Shown: in pieces, positions 11,106-22,054 of the stretch
Position numbering within the stretch: position 1 is the stretch's first letter
Layout: the number at the start of each line of letters is the position of its first letter
Source of the DNA: Azolla caroliniana
Lineage: Eukaryota > Plantae > Polypodiophyta
NCBI GenBank assembly: GCA_043228905.1
Contig: JBHGNT010000020.1
Coordinates: 1,860,001 to 1,924,000 of the forward strand
Length of the DNA stretch: 64,000 bases
Direction: 5' to 3'
Position numbers and translations under genes: made by a program
The notes under the pieces: generated by a model
Database searches by the model: none
Told to the model about the DNA's origin: nothing
Seen by the model: the letters and a program-made list of their open reading frames with translations, nothing else

Positions 11106-12246
11106 TATTGTGTTACCCCGTACGAGATGTACAGAGAGTCAAGTGTGATGAGCGAGGGTCGAATGTTATCATAATGTTGTTGTGTATGTGTAGGGGGCAT
11201 AAATGTAATTGTGAGTCGATACGTATGTGAACACATGCACAGGTGTGTGCATGTGGATGGATACGAGGAGGTATGAGTGAGTGTCCAATATGAATGCTCT
11301 AGGGGGCTTACTTTGTATCTACCCCCTCTTGTACTATTTAACCCCTTATGGGGAATGAATGAAATATGAATGAACATTTCTCTCTATCTCTCTTTTCATC
11401 TCTCTCTCTCTCTCTCTCTCTTGTCATCTCTCTTCCTATCTCTCTCCCTCAACGTTGAACCCCCTTGGGAGGGGGGTGGAGCCATTCTAGGCACCACCCC
11501 CCACCCCACAATGCTTCTCAACGATTCTCAACATCTTCATGCCAATCTCTCTTACCATCATACTCTCCATTATCTTCGCTATTACGCCATGTCTATCTTT
11601 GTCATTGATAATCATCATCGTCCTTAACCCTAACCCTAAAACGTACAACATCACATAATCTAATACTCAACAAAAAGACAAAGCACATATACAAGGCGCA
11701 ACATATATCTCTAGTTAGAATTCGGTCCCTCCGGATGGGATCCAAATTGGACGAGCCGAAGGAAGGAACGGACCGGACAGATCCGGTGTGAACTAGATCT
11801 AGGGACATATCTGTAAACATGTTTCTAGTGTGACTGTCATGGCCACATCTGTAAATAGTCCTAAAGTCATATAAGTATAAATATGACTTAGGGCAATCAC
11901 TTATATGTGTGAATGTCATTATTGTTGTATAGAGAGAGACATAGTGAGAGCGGGAGAGAAACAGAAAGTATATTTTGTTGTAACCGCCGATTGGCAAAGT
12001 CATAGAGCTCGAGGTCATTGCCTCTAAGTCTCGCATTGTACCTTTCCTCTCATAGTGATAGTTGGAGTATGTGGGCTCTCGTGGTTTTTTCCCATTTAGG
12101 GTATTCCATGTTAACATCCGGTGTCCTCTCTGTTGTCTATGTAAGTGTATTAATCTCCATTTCTATTTTGATCTTCCATTGAGTGTCTAAGACTCGGTTG
12201 TGGCCGAGCACTATTCCTCACAAGCTGGTATCAGAGCAACCAATAA

Positions 12247-13776
12247 ATGGAAGAGTCATTCGGAAGCATGTTCAAGCTCACCAGCTCGAACTATCCAATG
12301 TGGAAGTCGAAGATGAGGGACATGCTTGTGGTCAAAGATCTCTTGTTGCCGGTACAATTTGGAGACAAGAGGCCGGACAAGATCGATGCCACGACATGGG
12401 AGGTGATGCATATGAAGACGACGACATACATTAGATGCTTCATCGACATGAGCTTGTACAACAACTTTAATGAAGAAAGTAAGGCTCATGCGACCTGGGA
12501 GAAAATCGGTACCATGTTGAAGAGTAAAAATGTTGTAAATCGGGTTTCGGTATTCCAGAAGTTAGTGAGACTCTGGTACCAAGACGGATCTAGCATGGCG
12601 GAGCACATGAATGCATTCCAGGGGCTCATAAATCAAACAACCTCGCAAGAAGTACCTCTAGCTGACGAGGTACTTGTGTTGCTCCTGCTCGGTTCCTTCC
12701 CGGATAGTTGGGAGACGCTAGTTGTCACCTTGGGCAACGCCGGGCCGGAAGGAAAACTGTTGTCCCTAGCAAGGGTAGAATCAAGCTTGCTAGATGAAGA
12801 AGCTCACCGGAAGGACCGAGAGTTCGGAACTGATCCGAAGGCCTTGGTCACGGAAGATGCCCATAACCGAGGATTAGGCCGGAATTGGAGTCCCCAAAAC
12901 CTGGGACAAATTGGGGATGAGGTCGAAGTCAAGGGGAAGGCCCACTTGCTTTTATTGCGGAAAGCCGCGGCACTTCCAGAAGAATTGCCGACACTTCCGG
13001 AAAACCAAAGGGGGAGCCGACATTCCGGAACCGAAGAAGATTTTGGAAAGGAGAGGAACGTCGGCGATCGCGACAAGTGAAGAAGAACTGCTGCTAATCA
13101 CCAAGGAGGGTGAGTTGCATCTTGTCAGCAACAAAACAACATGGGTGGTCGACTCCAGAGCGTCATTCCACCTGAACCCCGACCGGAAGTGCTTCTCATC
13201 GTACAGAGCCGGAGATCACGGTTCTGTCCTGATGTTAAATGAAGGTGCATGCCGAATTGTCGACATAGGAGATGTGTGGTTGAGGACGTCAATTGGGTGC
13301 AAGTTGCTGTTGAAGGATGTCCGACACATTCCGGAGGTTCGGTTGAACCTGATATCAACCGGTCGGCTAGATGATGAAGGCTACACGGGTAGCATCCGGA
13401 ATAGAATCATGAAGTTCAATAGAGGAAGCCTAATCGTGGCTCGAGCCCGGAAGATCAACCCATTCTACCTGATGCATGCCCGAATATGTCGGGAGGAAGT
13501 GAACGTGGCATCCAAAACTGTCGGTGAGCCGTGGCACAGGAGGTTGTGCCACATGAGCTAGAAAGGGATGAGAAGACTTGCCGAAGATAACCCATTCCAG
13601 AGGTGAAAGACGTGCAGCTTGAGAAGTGCACCGACTGCTTGACCGACAAGCAAAACTGAACCTCTTTCCGGCCAAGCCATCGATGAGATGGAATGCACCA
13701 CTAGAACTTGTGCATACCGATGTATGCCAAGTGGACACGAAGTCACATGCCGAATCGCAGTACTTCGTGATGTTTA
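12247..13776 (+). pseudogene. F gag-protease-integrase N-terminus
   Basis: MEESFGSMFKLTSSNY, CFYCGKPRHFQKNC, WVVDSRAS, WHRRLCHMS, VHTDVC. Confidence 0.85.
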
Positions 13777-14248
13777 TGACGGGAACTCAACGCTCCTTAT
13801 GTGCAACGCTCGCCGACAACCGAGCTTAGAATCATACATAGAAAACAGGAAATAAAGCACGACACGAAGAAGAAACAAGTGCACAGGATGTTTACGTGGA
13901 AAACCCAAACTAAGGGAAAAAACCACGGTAGCCCACAGGCTGCAAACTATCACTACGTTGGAATGTACAAATAGTGAGTTCACGGAGGCAACGACCTCGT
14001 GCTCACGATCTTCGCCACAGGCGGCGGTTACAACAGAGGCAACGACCTCTTTCTCTCTCTCTCTCTCTGTACACTGTTAGGTGCTCTCTCTCTTCTTCTT
14101 GCACCAACAAAAATGACAACAACCACATCTAAAAGTTTTCCCTAAGTCATCTTTATACTAATATGACTTTTCGGCTATTTACAAATATAGCCACGGTGGG
14201 CTCTTCAGAAACATATTTACGAATATGTCTCTTCATCCGGAGAGCATT

Positions 14249-14518
14249 CCTCACCGGGTCTGTGCCATCCGGCTCTCCGTAGTCGGGTACTCCTCATCCG
14301 GTCCTCACCGGGTCTGCATCATCTGGCTCTCCGTAGCCGGGTACTCCTCATCCGGTCCTCACCGGGTCTGCATCATCCGGCTCTCCGTAGCCGGGTACTC
14401 CTCATCCGGTCTTCACCGGGTCTGCATCATCCGGCTCTCCGTAGCCGGGTACTCCTCATCCAGTCCTCACCGGGTCTGCATCATCCGGCTCTCCGTAGAC
14501 GGGTACTCCTCATACGGT
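14249..14518. repeat. 54-bp tandem repeat x5 in the U3 of the H left LTR
   Basis: Unit CTCACCGGGTCTGCATCATCCGGCTCTCCGTAGCCGGGTACTCCTCATCCGGTC. Confidence 0.9.
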
Positions 14519-14601
14519 TTCGGCCTCGGCCGAGTTTGTTCATCAGCACTGTTCTTTTCTCTTCCCATCCGGAGGGACCTGTCTCCCAACAAACTCCCCC
14601 T

Positions 14602-17600
14602 TCACTCCGGCATGGGGTGTCTTACCAGTCCGATCCGCTTCCGGCATGCATCCATCTTGTCGGGTATCAGAACTTTGGTCAGCATATCTGACCCGTTCTC
14701 GGTCGTGTGGATCTTCGTCAGTGCGAACTCCTGGTCATCTACTCTTTCCCGGATCCAGTGATACCTCCGTTGGATATGCTTTGTCCGGGAATGGTAGGCC
14801 GCATTCTTAGCAAGGTGGATGGCACTTTGACTATCGCAATAGAGTCGGTATTCATCTTGCCGGATACCGAGCTCTCCGACGAAGTCCTTCATCCATAGGA
14901 TTTCCTTGCCGGCTTCCACAGCTGCCATGTACTCCGCCTCCGTGGTTGACAATGCAACCGTCTTCTGCAGCCTTGACTGCCACGAAACAGCTCCCCTTGC
15001 ATATGTCATCACATACCCGGATGTAGACCGGCTGGTATCCACATCAGCCAACATGTCCGAATCAGTGAAACCGTCCAGTTGAGGTTTTCCGGAGCCGAAT
15101 CGGAGACACATATTTGAAGTGCCCTTCAAATACCAGAGTATCCATTTGACCGCGTTCCAGTGCTCCTTGCCGGGATTTTTCATGAACCGGCTCACCACTC
15201 CGACTGCGTATCCTATATCCGGTCGGGTACAAACCATTGCATACATCAAGCTCCCGACGGCAGAGGCATATGGAATCTTCATCATATCCGCCTTCTCTAC
15301 TTTCGTCTTCGGGCTTTGCTTGCCGGATAGCTTGCAGTTTGCCGGAAGTGTCGATCCGACCGGTTTCGCTTCTGACATGTTGAACCGGTGAAGCACCTTT
15401 GTCACGTACTTCTCCTGTGACAGCCATAATTGCTTCGCTGACCGGTTCCGGATGATGTGCATCCCCAACATTTGCCTTGCCGGACCCAAGTCTTTCATTG
15501 AGAAGGTCCGGTTGAGAGCCTTCTTCAGCATCCGTATTTTGACTTGGTCACGTCCGACGATCAACATGTCATCCACGTACAGAAGGAGTATCAAGAAGTC
15601 GCTTCCTTCGAACTTCTTCACAAACACGCAGTGATCGGCCTGCGTCTTGTGGTACCCTTGATCAGTCATGAAGGAGTCGAACTTCCGGTACCATTGTCGG
15701 GGAGCCTGCCTCAGTCCGTACAGGCTCTTCTTCAACCTGCATACCAGGTGCTCCTTCCCTTTCTCCACAAATCCTTCCGGTTGCTGCATGTAGATCTCCT
15801 CTTCGAGGTCGCCGTGAAGGAATGTCGTCTTCACGTCTAGCTGCTCTACCTCGAGGTCCATGCTTGCTGCTATACTTAGCACCGTCCGGATGGAGGTCAT
15901 CTTTACTACCGGGGCAAATATCTCGTCGAAGTCCACGCCCTTCTTCTGCTGGAACCCCTTCACCACGATCCTGGCTTTGTGTCTCGGGGGGTTGCCGGCA
16001 TCACCCGGTTTCAACTTGTACACCCACTTGTTTCGGAGTGCCCGCTTTCCTTTCGGCAACTCCACCAATTCGTACGTATGGTTCTCATGCAGGGAATCCA
16101 TCTCGTCCTGCATGGCACTTAACCATTTTCGGCTATGGGTGTCTTCCTTCGCTTCTTCGAAGCTTTCCGGCTCCCCCTCATCGGTCAGCAGAACATGCTC
16201 TACATCCGGAAATCTCCGGGGGGCCCTTCTCTCTCTGAGAGGATATCTCCGTCTTTGGGCTTTGGTGACCGGCTCATCCATTTGCTCTTCATTCGAATCC
16301 GATTCGGGGTCTTGGCCGGTTCCGGTTTCAGCTTCCTCTACTTCTTCTTCAGCCTATTCGGTATCCTCACCGTAACCGGCTGGTCCCTCGAGTGCTAACC
16401 GGTCTCTTGCCGGTTGGGTGTGCTCATCGTAGAGTCGATCCTTACCGGTCGACTCGGAGTTCATTATCTTCTTCTCCGACTCCCAATCGGCGAGAGTCTT
16501 GTTCTCCATGAAGATAATATCTCGACTCCGGAATACCTTCTTATCGACCGGGTCCCACACTCGGTAGCCGAACTCATCATCACCGTAGCCGAGGAATATG
16601 CATGGCCGGGTCTTTGGATCTAACTTTCCTCTCCGGTCCTTAGCTACATGCACGTACGCGAGAGACCCGAACACCTTCAGATGCCGGTAGGATACTTCCT
16701 TACCGGTCCACACTCTCTGTGGCGTGTCTCCGTCCAAGGGTACTGAGGGTGATCTATTTATCACATATGTCGCCGTCGAAAGTGCCTCAACCCAAAACTT
16801 CTTGGGTAGTTTTGCATGCGCTAGCATACTCCGGACCCTCTCCATTATGGTCCGGTTCATCATCTCGACCAAGTCTGTTTAGTTCCGGTGTCTTCGACAC
16901 GGTAAATTCGAGCCGGATTCCCTTCGAGCGGCAGTACTCCTCGAACTGCCCCTGGTACTCTCCTCCGTTATCTGCTCGAACCACCTTCAGTTTCCGGCCG
17001 GTTTCTCTTTCCACTCTCGCATGGAGCTCTTTGAAGAAGGATAGCACCTGATCCTTTGTCTTCAGCGGTGTAGCCCACAGCTTCCGGCTGTGGTCATCTA
17101 TGAATGTCACAAAGTACTGCGCTCCGGCATGTGACTTCGCGTCTACTTGACACACATCCGTATGCACCAACTCCAGTGGTGCATTACGTCTCATCGGTGG
17201 CCTTGGTCGGAAGGAGGTCCGGTTCTGCTTACCGGCCAGACAATCAGTGCACTTCTCTAAGTGCACGTTCTTCATTGGAATGAGGTTGTCGTCTGCAAGC
17301 CTCTTCATCCCCTTCTCGCTCATATGACACAACCTCTTGTGTCACAGCTCACCAGCAGTGTCGGATGCCACGTTCACTTCTTCCGGACATAACCGGGCAT
17401 TCATTAGGTACAGTGTGTTGACCTTCCGGGCCCGAGCCACAATCAGGCTCCCTTTGCTGAACTTCATGACACCGTTCCGGATGCTACCCGTGTAGCCTTC
17501 ATCATCTAGCCGACCGGCTGATATCAGGTTCAGACGAACCTCCGAAACATGTCGGACATCTCTCAGCAGCAACTTGCATCCGGTTGGTGTCGACAGCCAC

Positions 17601-18649
17601 ACGTCTCCTATGCCGAAAATTCGGCATGTACCTTCATTCCCCATCCAGACACAGCCATGATCACCGGTTGAGTAGGATGAGAAGCATTTCCGGTCCGGGG
17701 TAAGGTGGAACGACGCTCCGGAGTCTACCACCCAGGTCATCTCGTCGCCGGCAAGGTTTATCTCACTCTCCTCGGTGATGAGCATCAACTCTTCTTCACT
17801 TGCCGCGATTGCCGTCGTCCCCTTCCGGTCCGGCCCCCTCCGGTCTTTACCGTTCCGGTCCGGGGTCCGCTTCGAATCGGTACCGTCGGTCTCCTTATCT
17901 TTTCGGAAATGCCGACAGTTCTTTTGGAAGTGTCCCGGCTTGCCGCAATAGAAGCAAGTAGGCCTCCTCCTTGACTTTGACCGTGTCCCCGACTTCTCCC
18001 GGTTCTGGGGACTACGGTTTCTTTGTCTTCCGCGTTCCGATTCGGTAAGGAGCGCTTTGGAGTCAGAGCTCGTGTCCTTATCTTTCCGCCGCGCCTCCTC
18101 ATCTAGCAGGCTCGACTTCACTCTTGCTAGGGATAACCTTTTTCCTTCCGGCCCGGCGTTGCCCAAAGTGACAACCAACTTCTCCCAGCTATCCCGGAGG
18201 GAACCGAGCAGGAGTAGCGCTAGTACCTCATCGGCGAGAGGTACTTCCAATGAAGTTGCCTGGTGGATCAGCCCCTGGAAGGCATTCATGTGCTCCGTCA
18301 TGCTGGAGCCATCTTGGTACCGGAGTCTTACAAGCTTCCGGAATACCGAAACCTGATTAACAACATTTTTGTTCTGAAACATTATGCCGATCTTCTCCCA
18401 GAGCTCATGAGCCTTGCTCTCTTCATTGAAGTTGTTGTACAGGCTCATGTCGATGAAGCACCATATGTACGCCGTTGTCTTCATGTGCATCACCTCCCAT
18501 ATCGCGGCGTCGATTTTGTCCGGTCTCTTGTCCCCAAACTGAACCGGCAAGCAGAGGTCTTTAACCACGAACATGTCCCTCATCTTCGACTTCCACACTG
18601 AATAATTGGAGCCGGTGAGCTTGAACATGCCGCCAAATGATTCGTCCAT
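14602..18649 (-). pseudogene. H gag-pol polyprotein (two stops, one frameshift)
   Basis: ORFs 17342-18649 (gag, CCHC, DSGAS), 16787-17332 and 16354-16872 (INT), 14602-16281 (RT YVDD, RNase H KHIQRRYHWIRE). Confidence 0.93.
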
Positions 18650-19156
18650 TTTCTGTGTCGTTTCGCTCTGATACCACTTGATGGGAACTCAACGCTCCTT
18701 ATGCGCAACGCTCGCCGACAACCGAGCTTAGAATCATACACAGAAAACAGGAAATAAAGCACGACACGAAGAAGAAACGAGTGCACAGGATGTTTACATG
18801 GAAAACCCAAACTAAGGGAAAAAAACCACGGCAGCCCACAGGCTACAAACTATCACTACGTTGGAATGTACAAACAGTGAGTTCACGGAGGCAACGACCT
18901 CGTGCTCACGATCTTCGCCACAAGCGGCGGTTACAACAGAGGCAGCGACCTCTTTCTCTCTCTCTCACTCTCTCTGTACACTGTTACGAGCTCTCTCTCT
19001 TCTTCTTGCACCAACAAAAATGACAACAACCACATCTAAAAGTTTGCCCTAAGTCATATTTATACTAATATGACTTTTCGGCTATTTACAAATATAGGCA
19101 CAGTGGGCTCTTCAGAAACATATTTATGAATATGTCTCTTCATCCGGAGAGCATTC

Positions 19157-19372
19157 CTCACCGGGTCTGCGCCATCCGGCTCTCCGTAGCCGGGTACTCC
19201 TCATCCGGTCCTCACCGGGTCTGCATCATCCAGCTTTCCGTAGCCGGGTACTCCTCATCCGGTCCTCACCAGGTCTGCATCATCCGGCTCTCCGTAGCCG
19301 GGTACTCCTCATCCGGTCCTCACCGGGTCTGCATCATCCGGCTCTCCGTAGACGGGTACTCCTCATACGGTT
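19157..19372. repeat. 54-bp tandem repeat x4 in the H right LTR
   Basis: Same unit, one copy fewer. Confidence 0.9.
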
Positions 19373-19448
19373 TCGGCCTCGGCCGAGTTTGTTCATCAGC
19401 ACTGTTCTTTTCTCTTCCCATCCGAGGGACCTGTCTCCCAACAGTTTA

Positions 19449-20277
19449 TAGACGACAACATCTGGAAGCTGTGGGTCTCACCACTGAAGACGAAGGACCA
19501 AGTATTATCCGTCTTCAAGGACTTCCACGCGAGAGTGGAAAGGGAAACCAACTGGAAGTTGAAGGCGGTTTGAGCGGACAATGGAGGAGAATATTGCCGA
19601 TCGAAGGGAATCCGGCTCGAATTCACTGTGCCGAAGACACCAAAGCTAAACGGATTGGCCAAAAGGATGAACCAGACCATAATGGAGAGAGTCTGGACTA
19701 TGCTGGCACATGCCAAGTTGCCCAAGACATTTTGGGTTGAGGGGTCGATGACGGTGACGTATGTGATAAACAAATCACCCTCAACACCCTTGGACAGAGA
19801 CACACTGCAGAGGGTATGGACCAGTAAAGACACGTCTTACCGGCATCTGAGGGTGTTCGATTGTCTCGCTTACGTGTATGTTGCAAAGGACAAGAGAGCA
19901 AAGTTGATTCCGAAGTCCCGACCATGCATATTCCTTGGATACGGCAATGATGACTTCAGATATCGAGTGTGGGACGTGGTCGACAAGAAGGTCTTCCGGA
20001 GTTGAGACATAGTCCTCATGGAAGACAAGAACATTGCCGACTGGGAGTCGAAGAAGAAGATAGTGGAGTCCGGGTCGACTGATAGAGATCGGTCAAAAGA
20101 TACAAGGACTCATCTAGTTGGAAGCCGGATGACACTCAAAGAACCGACCGGATTCGGACAAAGACCCAACCAATCGAAGAAGAATCGGTCACAGGAACCG
20201 GAAAAGACCCCGAATCGGATTCGGATGAAGAACAAACGAAGGAACCAGTGGTCGAGAACCAAGGAAGAAGATATCCT
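19449..20277 (+). pseudogene. F integrase core and C-terminus
   Basis: LNGLAKRMNQTIMERV...LPKTFW...CIFLGYG; continues F after the H insertion. Confidence 0.85.
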
Positions 20278-22054
20278 TGTTGGGAATGTCGTCATCTGAT
20301 GCGGAACAAGATCAACACTCCTCGTGTGGAAGATCATAACTAAATACAAGATCACAATGTATTGATGACAACATAGACATCAAAACATGAATGCAACTAG
20401 TGCGTTAGAGAGAGAGAGAGAGAGTTAGGCACAACTCAATAATCTTGCAATAGCCACAAAAAGGCAACAACTATAACTAGGTTACAAAGTCAGTTTATAT
20501 ACTGACTAACTTAGGGCAACTGTCATTCTCACTATTTACATAAGTAGCCTAAGCCTAGTGTGTACAAAGGAGATGGTGTGAATACGTCCATTAAAAGCCC
20601 ATATTCAACACTCCCCCGTAATGGGCGTATACATCTGAAATCTGTAAACCGAAATGAATTTACAATACAGATTGATACAAGGTTTCCGAACAATCGAGAA
20701 TTCGTTCAAGTCAGTGAACTCCGAAGAGCAAAAGGCCGGATTGGCTGAGTTCGGAGAGACTGAAGCCGAATTTCGAACTATCCAAGTCTATTGTCTGAGA
20801 AACATCTTGGATGTTTGATTTATCGGACTGATCCTTCATTACGCCCATTTGATGTCGAAGGTATCGAGATCGATCCATCGAGAGACACTTGGTCATTGCA
20901 TCTGCAACGTTATCAATTGTAGGTACCTTCTCAAGGCCGATTTTCCCTGTAATGACACAATCTCGAACGAAATGATATTGAACATCGGAGGCGTTGTGAT
21001 GAACCGGATTTTTCGACATAGCAACAACACCCTGACTGTCACTGTAAACAATTGGAGCCGAGCCGATTTCGGTTTTTTGAAATGTGTAGGCCAACCGACC
21101 AAGCCATAAGGCCTCTTTTACTGCATCGGATGCGGCTACATATTCGGCCTTGGTCGTAGATGTGGCGGTGCACTCCTGAAGTTTCGATTTCCATTAGATC
21201 GCTCCATTGCCAAGTTTAAAACAATATCTGATTGTCGATTTGCGGTTGTCTACATAACATGCAAAGTCTGAGTTGATGTATCCGACTACGCTTGAGATCT
21301 CATTCGAGTCGAATAGAATACCAAGGTCTTTTGTGCCCACTAGATATCTGAACACATGTTTGACTGTGTTCCAATGCGATCGGCCAGGATTGTGCATAAA
21401 TCTGCTAACGACTCCAACAACGTGAGCGATGTCAGTCTGTGTTGCAACCATCGCGTACATCCGGGAGCCTACTATCGATTCATACGGTACTGATTTCATA
21501 ATCTCCCCCTTCGGGCCGGATGCCAAGCATTCTCGCTGAGACAGACGAGTACTAATGGGGAGCGGGGTTGAAGCAGATTTTGTGGATTGCATGTTGAAGC
21601 ATTCTAAGACACGTCCAATGTAGTCGGATTGAGACATAAACAATTGTCTTCGATTTCGATTCCGACTTATTTTCATGCCAAGAATGTGTTGAGCCAGACG
21701 GGAGCCAGACCAAGGTCCTTCATGGCAAACTTCAACCATAGTTGCTGAACAAGTTCGACGAGTTCTCCGGCATGATGACCTGAGATGAGCATGTCATCCA
21801 CGTAGATGATGAGGAAGATGGGTGATCCATCCCGAGCTGTTTTCATGAAGAGACAGTGGTCCTCATCACTCTTTGAGAAGTCGATTGATTGGATGAAGTC
21901 ATCGAACTTATTGTACCACTGTCGCGGTACCTATTTAAGCCAATAAAGACTCTTCCTGAGTCGGCAGGCTAGATGTTCTTAGTCGGATACCACAAAGCCT
22001 TTTGGCTGCTCCATATAAATTTCCTCCTCAAGATCACCATGGAGGAAAGTCGTT

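Larger units (their letters stand above)
8609..11650 (+). mobile_element. non-autonomous LTR retrotransposon B (TRIM/LARD-like, no recognisable coding domains)
   Basis: Near-identical direct LTRs 8609-9151 and 11111-11650 (TGTT...AACA), PBS at 9157, ~1.96 kb low-complexity interior; flanks TCAAG/TCACA match only 3 of 5. Confidence 0.9.
13777..19443 (-). mobile_element. Ty1/copia element H, full length, relative of F, inserted antisense into F integrase
   Basis: LTRs 13777-14591 and 18679-19443, TSD GTTTA, PBS-iMet 18665-18676, PPT next to 14592. Confidence 0.95.

Noticed and set aside
14505-14560. Hammerhead-like CTGATGA...hairpin...GAAAC on the minus strand of the H LTRs (also near 19365-19410)
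   Set aside because: About 8 unpaired nt separate CUGAUGA from the hairpin, and no UH cleavage triplet or stem I can be built
14225-14761. Repeat-protein ORFs in the H LTRs (also 19126-19740) and a CRISPR-like appearance
   Set aside because: Translation of a 54-bp minisatellite; no unique spacers, eukaryotic context
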